NCBI RefSeq assembly: GCF_001194135.2
Contig: NC_068983.1
Span: 158,136,274-158,200,273, forward strand
From: Octopus bimaculoides
Lineage: Eukaryota
Reading direction: 5' to 3'
DNA length: 64,000 nt
Below, in pieces: positions 1 through 11,834 of the stretch. How positions within the stretch are numbered: the stretch's first letter is position 1; every line of letters begins with the position of its first letter. Under the pieces are notes generated by a model. That model did not search any database, was not told the DNA's origin, and was given only the letters and a program-made list of their open reading frames with translations. The position numbers and the translations under genes are program-made.

Positions 1-2
1 AC

Positions 3-305
3 AAAGACCTGGAAATAGAGATAACTCGAATGTGGAATCTAAAAACAGAAACAATTCCTATCATAGTAGGTGCCTTAGGTATAATAAAAAAATATTCAGA
101 CAAATACATAACAAAAACACCAGGACTTACAAATATATATAACATACAGAAAATTGCATTACTGGGTACTGCACACATTCTACGCAAAACACTTTCAATA
201 CAGTAAACATAAGAGCACCACAGCAAACCACAGCACATACCCAAGGCGCACAGAGCTGCGCTCGGTAGTGAAGTGAAAGCACGTTATAAAAATAAAACTA
301 CTGAA
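3..305 (+). mobile_element. 3' end of R4/Dong-clade non-LTR retrotransposon (RLE domain C-terminus + 3' UTR), cut by window edge
   Basis: Frame from nt 3 reads KDLEIEITRMWNLKTETIPIIVGALGIIKK...IQKIALLGTAHILRKTLSIQ* (stop 204-206), typical of the RLE-LINE C-terminus; followed by a UTR and an (AAT)n tail at 306-333. Confidence 0.85.
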
Positions 306-335
306 TAATAATAATAATAATCATAATAATAATAG

Positions 336-733
336 ATGTTTTGCCTTGGTGTAAAAGATGGGCTACTGCAAATATTCTGATCAATACTACAGATTTGCTT
401 GTCAGGTGTTTGACCTTAACCAGTTGAGCATGTCCCTTGGTTTCTTACGATATGTGCATCTCTGATCACGAGCACAAACAGTAGCGGAATATCATAGCCA
501 TATGTTGAGAGGAATTCTTTGGGATTTGAATAATTCACCTGTGGAAGCATGGGTGTTTCGTTCAACATCCTTAAACGACCTTTATTCAAGGATCTTTTGA
601 GCTGGATGGGCCACTCGACCCGAAGAAAATTATAACAGGAATCCAACAGGGTCATGCGCTGTTTATCTTGATAAAATCACTATGTCGCGCATATATGGTT
701 GTTATGCATGTGTCTGGTGTACCCTTATTAGAC
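336..733 (+). mobile_element. Partial copy of the ~560-bp (AAT)n-embedded non-coding repeat
   Basis: Reverse-complement match to about 50120-50515 and 20652-20850; starts directly after the (AAT)n tail of the preceding LINE. Confidence 0.8.
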
Positions 734-1120
734 ATCTTTCAAAATATTAAGATGTGCTGAAGAAGGTAAGATTTTTATATCAAATTAGAAACCGGTCCGC
801 ATATATACCTGTACCATTAAATATATAGTTTTATGCTATATTGGAGTGTGAGAGATTTTTTTCGATCTGCTAGTATACTGCCGAATCTGTTGTTTTCAGT
901 GTTAAGTTTTTGGTAGTCCAAATAAGGGTTTTGACTCTTATTTCTAGCAGTTAAGCACTTTAATGTGTCCTTATGATTAATATCATTTTAATTCTTTAGC
1001 TATATAATGCTAATTTTTAGGCCTGCAACCACCTATATTAACGTTTCAGTTATTATCAACTATTTATATTGCCTTCAATTATAACAGCAATATTAATAGC
1101 TTATAAATATTCACTTACTC

Positions 1121-1371
1121 TTTTACTCATTTCCGTCATTTGACTGTGGCCATGCTGGAGCACCGCCTTTAGTAGATCAAGTCGACCCCAGGACTTATTC
1201 TTTGTAAGCCGAGTACTTATTCTATCGGTGTCTTTTGCCGAACCGCTAAGTTACGGGGACGTAAACACACCCACATCGGTTGTCAAGCGATGTTAGGGGG
1301 ACAAACACAGACACACAAACACACAGACACACAGACACACACACACACGCACACACACACACACATACATA
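1121..1371 (-). mobile_element. 3' half of CORE-like tRNA-SINE running into (CA)n and an assembly gap
   Basis: Matches the tail of the full copies at 53843-54288 and 61010-61402 (gtcatttgactgtggccatgctggagcaccgcc...gacaaacacagac). Confidence 0.8.
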
Positions 1372-1705
1372 CNNNNNNNNNNNNNNNNNNNNNNNNNNNN
1401 NNNNNNNNNNNNNNNNNNNNNNNNNNNNNNNNNNNNNNNNNNNNNNNNNNNNNNNNNNNNNNNNNNNNNNNNNNNNNNNNNNNNNNNNNNNNNNNNNNNN
1501 NNNNNNNNNNNNNNNNNNNNNNNNNNNNNNNNNNNNNNNNNNNNNNNNNNNNNNNNNNNNNNNNNNNNNNNNNNNNNNNNNNNNNNNNNNNNNNNNNNNN
1601 NNNNNNNNNNNNNNNNNNNNNNNNNNNNNNNNNNNNNNNNNNNNNNNNNNNNNNNNNNNNNNNNNNNNNCACACACACACACACACGCACGCACGCACGC
1701 ACACA

Positions 1706-1748
<43 letters not shown>
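1300..1748. repeat. (CA)n/(CACG)n microsatellite spanning an N gap
   Basis: Directly visible; explains the ORF-track artefacts at 1246-1838. Confidence 0.95.
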
Positions 1749-1749
<1 letters not shown>

Positions 1750-2891
1750 GCTCTAATATTGTAAATATTTTCGGTCACAAGTACGTGGTGTATGAGTTTT
1801 GTTTATACGCTCATTCGCTGCGGAAAGCGTCTTGGTGAAGCTCACTACACGACACCGAGTGTTAAAAGAATACTGAATATCCGGAACCAGGTGTGGAGCT
1901 GTATAGACAGTAAAAACTGCCAATAGTACATCACTTCAACTATTTAAAAGGACAAACAACTCAAGGCGCGTCTTAAGTTTGTTCAGGAAGAATGATGCAT
2001 TGTATAATGAATATTGTGCAATGTTTGAGATATTACTGTATATGTGCATTGCAGACACATACTTTATTACATAAAAATTGTAATATATTTTATACGGAAA
2101 CTCATATTAAACACAGCAAATATATGCAGTGAACGTATATTGGATAAAATTTGTATACTGTGATGTATTTTTCATTGTCACATCTTTGTATATAGGATAT
2201 ATAACAATAACATTCACGTTATATGTGTCTGGAAGTCATACTTCATTGATTATTGACAAAATATACTACTTTTGGGTAATGAACTTTGATGAGAACCAAG
2301 TCTAGCAATATATAATGGAATGTAACAAATCTGTATCAAATATAGGGAATATATGTTATGTCGATACATATAGTGAATATTAGTTTCAGCCTGTTGAGCG
2401 AAATCGCCAGTCCCTTTCTAATTTTTATACTTTTCACCTGGTTTACCACCCCTTAACTTACCTGTTAGACTGCCAAAAGCAATTAAGAGTGACCACTGTC
2501 ATATGTCACACTTCAGACCGTGTCTAGTATCTCGGTGCGATCAATTTATAAGCTGGTCAACTTTTTGGGGGATAAAACATGGAGTATTACACCATATTTC
2601 TATAAATGTTGATAGAAATAATTATATGCTTCTCTATTTAAAATAATAATTGTCAATATTATCTTTCTTCAATTCAATTATTTTTCGAAATAATCTTTGT
2701 CTTCAGTTCCTTTAGCTACTGATAGAATACGTTTTGTTGAAATATTATATCGTTTTATTGTTTTTATTTTTGCCTGTGACTTAACTGCGGCTGGAGTACC
2801 ACTATGAGCCCAGCACTTATGTTGATTCTTGTAGTCAGACATTTAGGCGGAATGTTTAAGTTATGAAGACGTAAACAGACACACTGAAACA

Positions 2892-2958
<67 letters not shown>

Positions 2959-3230
2959 CAATATATATATATATATATATATAAGATCCAAGGATCAAGA
3001 TGTAGGAAGATTGACGTAGAAAGGTGTAAATTTTTCCCCAAATCGAGGTTCGATAAGCTGAAAAATTGTTTCATAGCTTGGTGTTAGCAGCAGGGGTTGC
3101 TGTGTATACGAATATAAATCCGAAATTAGGAAATGGTGTAGATAAAATCCAGGCTACGTATGTTTCATAGCTAGGAAAGATAAATAAGCAATTACAGAAG
3201 CAAGTAATGTTAAAATATTTTGTGAATTGT

Positions 3231-3388
3231 AAGGCAGCGAGCTGGCAGAAATGCTTAGCGGCATTTTGTCTGTCTTTAAGTTTTGAGTTCAAATTCCGCC
3301 GAGGTCAACTTTGCCTACTGGGGTCAATCTAATCGACTGCCCCCCTCCTCCAAAATTCCAGGCCTTGTGCCTATAATAGAAAAGATTA
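3231..3388 (+). mobile_element. tRNA-derived SINE (Meta-like family), internally deleted
   Basis: aaggcagcgagctggcagaa head, gagttcaaattccgcc B-box, tail ccttgtgcctataatagaaaagatt. Confidence 0.8.
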
Positions 3389-4206
3389 TAATATCCATTC
3401 GCTGAATATTTGAAATAGGTGTTAAGATATGTTTACATCCTTTAACTATATGTAACATCTCATGTGAATGCTTTCCTTATGCCTATAATTATTTGTTCAT
3501 CCGTTGGAACCTTAGCTTTCTTCTGGTTTACCTATCTTTTTCTGTAGAGCACTTTGTCCCATTTTAAAAAGCTGAATTTTAAGAATTCAGTCTGCTCGAG
3601 GACTAACATGGTGCCTGTCTATTTTCTACTTGCACTAGAATCTTCTCTCTCTGTCTCTTTCTACATACATACATATATAAGTATGTGTAAGAGAGAGAGA
3701 GAGAGAGAGAAACAGAGAGCTATTCTGCACAGTTTACTTCTACCAAATTCACTCGCAAGGCATCGGTCTTGTAGAAAATAAAATTGTTCCAAGACACCGA
3801 GCAGTGTGACTTAAACTGAAACCTCGTAGTTGTGAAATGAGCTCCTTAAATCACAGCCTCGCATGCTTCTAAATAGTCAATTTGAACATAAATGAAAGTA
3901 TTCTTTTAAAATGTCACGAGTCTTTGGATATCAGCAAAAGAAATAAGCCATCTGCACTATCGCTTCTCTCTCAAAACTATTTACTTCGGTCGGAAGTAAA
4001 TAGTTTTGAGAGAGAAGCGATCGTGCAGATGGAAGGATTAAATAAATTCAAGTCAGTCTGTAACAGTAAAGAACGTACGACGACTTTTCAAGTTCGCAGA
4101 AATATGTAGAAAAAACAATCCAAAACTAATTGTCATTTCTCTTCGTAGAGTGATTCTCTTTCTAAGATATAAAATACATGACTTGAGATGTTAAATAAAA
4201 TAATCC

Positions 4207-4618
4207 AAGGCGGCGAGCTGTCAGAAACGCTAGCACGCCGGACGAAATGCTTAGCAGTATTTCGTCTGCCGCTACGTTTTGAGTTCAAATTCCGCCGAGG
4301 TCGACTTTGCCTTGCATCGTTTCGGGGTCGATTAAATAAGTACCAGTTACGCACTGGGGTCGATGTAATCGACTTACTCTCTTTGTCTGTCCTTGTTTGT
4401 CCCCTCTATGTTTAGCCCCCTGTGGACAGTAAAGAAATAAGAAACGCTAGCACGCTGGGCGAAATGCTTTGCAGTATTTCGTCTGTCTTGACGTTCTGAG
4501 TTCAAATTCCGCCGAGGTCGACTTTGCCTTTCATCCTTTCGGGGTCGATAAATTAAATACCGGTTGCGTACTGGGGTCGATCTAAAATTTCGGGCTTGTG
4601 CATAGAGTAGAAAAGAAT
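4207..4618 (+). mobile_element. Dimeric Meta-like SINE (full left monomer with tail A + head-clipped right monomer with tail B), 12-bp TSD
   Basis: ataaaataatcc at 4195-4206 and 4619-4630 encloses both monomers; junction cagtaaagaaataag|aaacgctagcacg at ~4440. Confidence 0.85.
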
Positions 4619-4630
4619 ATAAAATAATCC

Positions 4631-4817
4631 TTTCTACAAGGCCCGAAACTTGAAATTACATTTACCACCATTACTCAACTGGCGGTTATTTTATTGACCC
4701 CCAAAAGGCAAAGTTGACCTCGGCGAAATTTGAACTCAGAACGCAAAGACGGACGAAATTTCATTAAGCATTTTGTCTGGCGTGCTTACGATTCGATTCT
4801 ACAAGCTCGTCGCCTTT
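4631..4817 (-). mobile_element. Meta-like SINE, inverted relative to the adjacent dimer
   Basis: Reverse complement of the family consensus (aatttgaactcagaacg...ctcgtcgcctt). Confidence 0.8.
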
Positions 4818-4831
4818 TGTTAATATGAAAC

Positions 4832-5159
4832 ATAGCTTCTCAAAGTTGGCGCTACCGCCCCCCGTTGGGCGTTGAGACGGTCCAGGTGGGCGCTGTGCCT
4901 AAGGGGCGGTGGGGGCGGTAGAGAAAAAGGATGCGTTGGGAGGAAGGCATTGGATTGGGGGACGCTATGAATTTATTATGATATTATTATGGTATTGTAT
5001 ACAAATTTATATAATATTGTATTAAATATCAAATGGTTCATAGTATATATAAATCAGTAAAATATAAAATATTTCTTTATACATAAAAGCAGGAGTGGGG
5101 CGATGAGGGTATTATGTGGTTATGAGGGGGCGGTGGCTCAAAAAGTTTGAGAACCTCTA
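4832..5159. mobile_element. Non-autonomous hAT (Charlie-like) MITE
   Basis: Ends catagcttctcaaagtt / aagtttgagaacctcta; subterminal ctaccgccccc / gggggcggtgg inverted; flanks atatgaaa vs atatagaa (6/8, degraded 8-bp TSD). Confidence 0.7.
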
Positions 5160-6580
5160 ATATAGAATAATGAAACATTTGTGTATGACTATGATAATTA
5201 TTAGAGCCGACAGGTTTACATCGAAGCAGATGAAGCTTGATATGTAATGAGTAAGACAAGCTTCGATTACATTATATACCTTTTATTCTTTAACCCTTAC
5301 TTGGTTCAGTCATTAGACTGCGCCCCCATCTCCACCAATTTCTTGTAAAGAAAGTGAGGTTTTCAGTTCCAATCAATCTATGGATGATATTGAGGAGGGT
5401 CGACTGAACACGGTTTTTTCCAATGCCAGAAGTATATTTACGGGTTTGCGAAACATTAGTTTTAAAATATACCAGTCAAGTCTCTTCCAAATTGAGATCG
5501 GGATCTTCTTGTAATAATTTTCTTACCTTGAAAAATAACTTTTTAAAAAAATCGTTAAACAGGAATTATTTTCGGTAATAAATAAATAATTTTATGAATA
5601 TTTTCCTTCTTTCATTTTGATTAAATTTTACAAATAAAAGTATTTTATATAAATATTTAAAATTTTTTTACTGTTTATATCCATTAAACACTAGAAATTA
5701 TTGGGTAATAATATTTCGATTCAAAGCCAACTGCTTTCGTTCTGTTATTGTATCAACTTTATCTGAATTTTTATTCGATAGCGTCGATCATTTTAAACAT
5801 TCTCTTAAGCACTTAGATGACATTGGAGATTTTGATAACTTGCCGCACTTAAATGACCTTGGGAATTTTGATAACTTGCACGAAGTAGACACAATTTTCA
5901 AATAAAAATCATAGAATTCAAATACAAATCGTTGAATGCAGTGGATAAAATCAACTATCTCCTATTAAAAAATTGCCATTCATAATATCTATTTGTTATC
6001 TCTTATGTATATTTAACAAAAACATAAAAATAGATTTTGAAGTGAATATTGTTCATATTTCTTGTACTCCACCTTCACACTCTCGTCTAACTTGTTTTTC
6101 TTTCACGTGATTGACTTTATGAATAAGTACTTTTTGCACTTACCCAACAATATATTTTGATTTCTTCCCACCCCTATGTTCTAGAATACCTTCTCAATAA
6201 AGGGACATTTCTTACCGTTTTTATACATGTCTCGCATTATCAATCCATGAAAAGTTACAATAAAGCACAAGAAAATTCAATAAATCACTGATCTCTTGCT
6301 TTATGTTTCATTATTTTCCTCAAGATATTTAATAAAACGTGATTTTCTTTTTAAATACGCGTAGCGCCATTATATAAATTGCGTAGTCATTGTGTATTAT
6401 AAGAGACTTAAAATATTATTTGTTTAATTACATTTAACTGTTATTTATGGTATTTAAATGAAATGAGATTTTGTCCAATGACATTTTCTTCACCGACATT
6501 GTGGACATTTCTTTTTACTTTGATTTCCTGTGCTTTATTTCTATTCAACCGCAGTACTGCCCCAACTCATTATGTACCCC

Positions 6581-7144
6581 GGATCTTTTTTAAAACGGGG
6601 GCCACATTTTTCATTAATGTTTTACGTAGTGTTTTTGGTACCGAAAGACTTTCAAACTTCGTATACTTATCTATTTTGTGTTATAGAACAGAAAAATATT
6701 TTTGTATTCGAATTTATTTCATGTAAAAAATTGTCTTATTTCGATAATTTCAACCAATCACTGACAAGTATTAAGTTGTTTACATTTACTCCTTTGGCTG
6801 ATTAAGCGGTGTAAAGCGTATTTAATTTCCATAGCTTCGTTTTGCTTTTTTCTTTTTAAATTTGCTGTTTTACCCTAACCCTAACCCTAACCCTATCACC
6901 GATAGAATTGTTTCAGAATCGTTTGTTTATGTAGTCGGCACTTAATGTATATCGGCTGAATGGACGTCAGTGATTGGTTGAAATTACAGAAATACGACAA
7001 CTTTTACATGGAATAACTTAGGGATTTCTTTTTTTTTAAGAAGACTAAGAGAAAAAGATGTTTTATATGACACATTCTACCAGTGTTCCAAGTTTCAAAG
7101 TGTTTCGTTAATGAAAAATGTGGCCCCCGTTTTAAAAAAGATCC
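6581..7144. mobile_element. MITE with perfect 37-bp TIRs, 8-bp TSD and central (CCCTAA)n; Merlin-like or hAT-like
   Basis: ggatcttttttaaaacgggggccacatttttcattaa at 6581-6617, exact reverse complement at 7108-7144; flanks tgtacccc/tgtatccc; inner perfect 20-bp IR at 6746-6765/6966-6985; telomeric hexamers at 6873-6896. Confidence 0.9.
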
Positions 7145-8399
7145 TGTATCCCTCAGCACAAACTTCTCATCTACTGTCATTTTTGTTTAAATTTGATCAC
7201 GAGTTAAAATCATATTTTTCTTTTGTTGTTGTATGATCTCTTTTCTATTAAATCACTTTTTTTTGCACTTTCATGGCAAATTGCGATGACACTTTTATTT
7301 CTTATTTACCAACTCTTCCAAAATGCTATATATTTTTTGTTCCATTTGTGACACATTTTTTTATTACCGACGTCTCGACTGTCCTTTGCTTCGTTCGTCG
7401 ACAATACAATTTTATATCTAGCCTCATCTTCAAATTCCTTCAATCTCCACATATCATCAATAGGTAATCCAGATGTGACCACCTACGAATATATCACGCA
7501 CACACAAGTAAAGAGTTCACAATTAATCACTAACAGCAAAATATCAAGGAACGCTCGCTAGATTGCATATATTTTTAAACAACAGAAATATTACTGAATA
7601 TTTTAGATATTCTATTTAAGTACAAACCTTATTTAAAATCCCAATTTACTACACAAAAATAACAATATCAATTATATTTACTATTACGTGTTTTTCAGTT
7701 TTCGTTCTGCGTATATTGATAGTCAGTAAATTAACATATCAATTAGAAACTCTATGTCGCAAGGAAAATATTGTCTCACAACTAAAACAATTTCGTATCA
7801 CTCAATGAGTTGTATTTGATTTTCAATGTATCACGCCAGGGATGGAATATATGATCGTTAGTAGCATTCAAGTAAATCCAGACTAGCAAATCCATTGAAA
7901 TATAAAGTGTTTCCTTACAAACTGAATAAACAATACACAGAAAACGACGGAAAATAAGAGTAGAAATATGTTAACAATAAAATATAGCATATGTGCATCA
8001 GCATGGCCGCAGCTCTGAGCTGAAACTTTGAAATGAAAAAATATATATATATATATATATAACTCTGGTCTGTTTACTTCATAAGTGGCTTATCGGATCG
8101 AGATAATCTATAATGTGTGGATGTCTCCATTTCTCCTGGCCACGTTCTCTCCTCATCTAGTAGGAGATATAAACTGCTCCGACCGTATATAAAGAGCGTA
8201 TTCCCATTGATTTGTTCATATTTTGATGTCTTATCCGAGGAAGATTTTGCGTAGATGATAGAATTCCCTTTTATCTATTGTACAACTGTGGGAAAGTTAT
8301 GCATTAAAAACGTTCGTTATCACATACACACACGCACACACACACGCACGCACACACATACACAGACATACACACACACACACATCTATATACCCTGAT

Positions 8400-8695
8400 C
8401 TGGCTCTCTGTCGATTACAACGAATATTTCGGTTGATTCGATTAACGAAACGTTCGGCTCGTGGAATTAACGTGCAAGTGACTGAGCACACCACACGCGC
8501 ACACGCGTGTGTGTGTGTGTGTACCCTTATTATAGTTCTCAAGGAGATTCAGCGTGACACAAGGTTGGTACAACTCATCTTTCCAGATGAGTGAACTGGA
8601 ACAACGTGAAATAAAGTGTCTTGCTCAAGGTCACAACGCGCTGCCGGAAGTCGAAATCACTACCTTACGATCGTGAGCTGAATACCCCAACTACT
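8400..8695 (-). mobile_element. tRNA-derived SINE (head like 21395 copy, tail like 30540 copy)
   Basis: Minus strand reads ...cgcgttgtgaccttgagcaagacactttatttcacgttgttccag... then ...gtgtcacgctgaatctccttgagaac...cacttgcacgttaattccacgag. Confidence 0.7.
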
Positions 8696-8699
8696 ATAT

Positions 8700-8732
8700 A
8701 TAATAAAATATGATACATATATATATATACAT

Positions 8733-8815
<83 letters not shown>

Positions 8816-8830
8816 TATATATGTACGTAT

Positions 8831-8870
<40 letters not shown>

Positions 8871-8985
8871 TATATATATATATATATATAATATATATAT
8901 ATATATACATATATAATATATATATATATATATACACACATATATATATACGTATACACACACACACACATATATATATATGTGA
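8700..8985. repeat. Compound (TA)n/(CA)n microsatellite
   Basis: Directly visible. Confidence 0.95.
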
Positions 8986-9329
8986 ATATTTATACCCAAA
9001 GGTACATTATCGTATTGTTATCATATGCGCGCGCATTTGCGTGCGTGCGTGTGTGCGTGTGTGTGTGTGCATATATATTTATTTATTTTTTATGTGTTTC
9101 ATCCAAGTGGCTGCGGTCATCTTACATTCATAAATTAGCAATATAGATAGTAGCGAAAAAGCAAATTATAAAATGTTTGATGGAAGCAGACACAAACTTC
9201 CTTCTGTGTTAATCTCCATTTTTTAAAAGACTTTTTCTTATATAATAAATAATTTTTAACTTAAGAGAATTACTTTCTAAATATCGTGACAGTGTCAAAA
9301 TTTTTTCTAAAAATGTTTTTAAATATTTA

Positions 9330-9960
9330 TCGATCTATCTGCTCCGCCTAGTATTCCTGTGAGGATCGAGGGCGTAAACATCCTCAGGACCTCCTGTATA
9401 GGAACCATTTAGAAGCAGCAGTCATTAGACTTTTCGGTTGGATTGCAAAGCGTGAGCAACTGAGACTACGGTTATTATCCAACCTTCAGGTTTTTCGTCT
9501 ACTCTGAGGTTTTCTGTCTGCTCACTTGGCTTGAAGAATCCATCTTTTGATCCTAATCTCATGTCCATTGTACAGGAACTGTGAATTTTCGATACGGAGC
9601 AGCGGATTGACCTGGAGAAACTCACTGATGTCTGAGCCACACAGAGAACTTTCGAAGGAACTTCATTTCGGTCACATGCATTCGCAATCGCATTCTATTA
9701 GCCATTATCCAACATTTGGAATCATATCTGAAGATAGGGAAAGCCAACATCTCCTCTTCTAGGGATCGAATGCTGGATCTGGCGCATTGTAATTCCAACA
9801 TTCAATTCAGGTTTCTATCTCCCATCACTCGTGAATACAACCTTGAGATATTTAAACGCCTCTGCTTTTTTCGGTGATCATTCACTAACTCGCAGAGTGC
9901 ACTTAAAAGACTTTCTTAAGAGGATCAATGTCTAAGTCTTCGCAACGCTAACTTTCATCC
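9330..9960 (-). mobile_element. Degraded RTE-clade LINE, RT C-terminal part and 3' end
   Basis: Interrupted minus-strand frames read GMKVSVAKT, AFKYLKVVFTSDGR, RMRLRMHVTEMKFLRK, ISEFLQVNPLLRIE, which match my recollection of the RTE RT/thumb region; stops and frameshifts present. Confidence 0.75.
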
Positions 9961-9974
9961 TTGTATAAGCAGGT

Positions 9975-10005
<31 letters not shown>

Positions 10006-10046
10006 CGCACACATACACACACGCNNNNNNNNNNACACACATACAC

Positions 10047-10084
<38 letters not shown>

Positions 10085-10552
10085 TCACATAAAGATATGG
10101 ATTCAGAGAATCGTGTCGTTCTGCTTTCCAATTTTAGCCAGATTCCAGGCTTACTGGATTCAAGTGACCCAATCTGTATACAAAACATTCGTTCATTTAT
10201 TCATTTATTTATTCATTCATTGATAATACATACATGTGTATATGTGTATGTGTGCATGTATATGTGTGTGTATGCGAATGTATGTCTATCTAGCTATCTA
10301 GCTATACTTACAGTCGTCATTTGTGCATGATTTTGCAGCATGTTTTACATACTTTAGGTGCCTTTCTAGCTATGAGCAAAGACACTGTATCCGCTCTCCA
10401 ACACTTGACCTAAGGGAACATCGTCGGTGTGGCAGCTGGATGGGAGAGCTACTTGTTTGCAGTTTATAAGACTAAATCAACATGAAATAAATGCTTTGCT
10501 CAATGACAGCCCAGTGTCTGTATCCGCCTTCAATAATAATGATAATAATAAT

Positions 10553-10775
10553 AATGGTTTCAAATTTTGCCACAAGGGCAGCCATTTTGGGGGAGGGGAT
10601 GAGTCGAATATACCGACCCCAGTGTTTCACTGGTACTTAATTTATCGACCCTGAAAAGATGAAAGGTAAAGTAGACCTCGGCGGAATTTGAACTCAGAAC
10701 GTAGCGACGGGCGAAATACCGCTAAGCATTTCATCCAGCGAGCTAACTATTCTGCCAGCTCGCCTCCTTAATAAT

Positions 10776-10812
<37 letters not shown>

Positions 10813-10987
10813 TTCATTTCTGCTATAGGCAGAAAGGGGAAGAGGACTAGTCAGTTGCTTCGACCCCAGTGGTACTTATATCAACGACCCCGAAAGTCGA
10901 CGGGATTTGAACTCAGAACGTAACAGAACGTAAGGACGGACGAAATGCCGCTAGGCATTTTGCCCGGCGTGCTAACCGCACCGCTTT
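10553..10987 (-). mobile_element. Two tandem Meta-like SINE copies separated and flanked by (AAT)n
   Basis: Copies at ~10553-10770 and ~10812-10987; (AAT)n at 10535-10555, 10770-10812 and 10988-11015. Confidence 0.85.
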
Positions 10988-11218
10988 AATAATAATAATC
11001 ATAATAATAAAAATGATGATGATGATTCAACAAATTTCCTTTCATCATTCCTATTCGCTGTTTTCTGATGTACTACTGGAGCTTCTACTCTAACGGGAGA
11101 TTCATTATCTTGGAAAACAATTTTTGCGGGAGTTTGTGTATATTTATTAATCTTTTAAATGTATATGTACATATCTATCAAGCCAGTTTAGATAAGATTT
11201 TATTATAAATTAACTGCT

Positions 11219-11412
11219 GAGGTTGAAAGCTGGCAGATTCGTTAGCATACTGGACAAGATGCTTAGTGGTATTTCGTTCGTCTTTACATTCTGAGTTCAA
11301 ATTCCACCGAGATTGATTTTTGCCTTTCGGAGTCGATAAAATGTGTACGAATTGAATTGAGCAATTTTGACTAGCCCCTCTCCTCAAAATTGCTGGCCTT
11401 TGCTAAAATTAG
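11219..11412 (+). mobile_element. Meta-like SINE (diverged)
   Basis: agctggcagattcgttagc...ctgagttcaaattccacc...ccttttgctaaaattagaaag. Confidence 0.75.
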
Positions 11413-11787
11413 AAAGTAACAAGTCGAATGATATAAGTATGGTACATACTGTTGGTACATTATATGAAGTGGTCTGAATGTGTTTTTGTTGGTGTAGTCC
11501 TATTCATTAGAACGATGTAGCTAAGGAAAAAGGGAAAGAAAGAGAAAAATTAAAGCAGAGAAAGAGATAAAAAAAAAAACAAAAACAAAAGTTCTGAACT
11601 GGGAGAATGAGAAGAGATGAACGGATTTTCAGTACTTTGAAATCAGAAAGATATAACTATGAAACGAAGTAGAATAAGCAGGTCTTACCCAACTTATTTA
11701 CCCAAACAAAATCAGACAACGAAGCAGGGAACAATCATGAGAAACGGTACAATACCGCTAAAAGCACGAGAGGCATGGAGAGAGAGA

Positions 11788-11834
<47 letters not shown>

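Noticed and set aside
5480-5530. Gag-like peptide VRKLLQEDPDLNLEET* on the minus strand
   Set aside because: Only 16 aa, with no LTRs or pol remnants nearby; it is antisense to a longer open frame.
6873-6896. Interstitial telomere as a chromosome-fusion scar
   Set aside because: Only four hexamers, not head-to-head, and internal to a TIR element.
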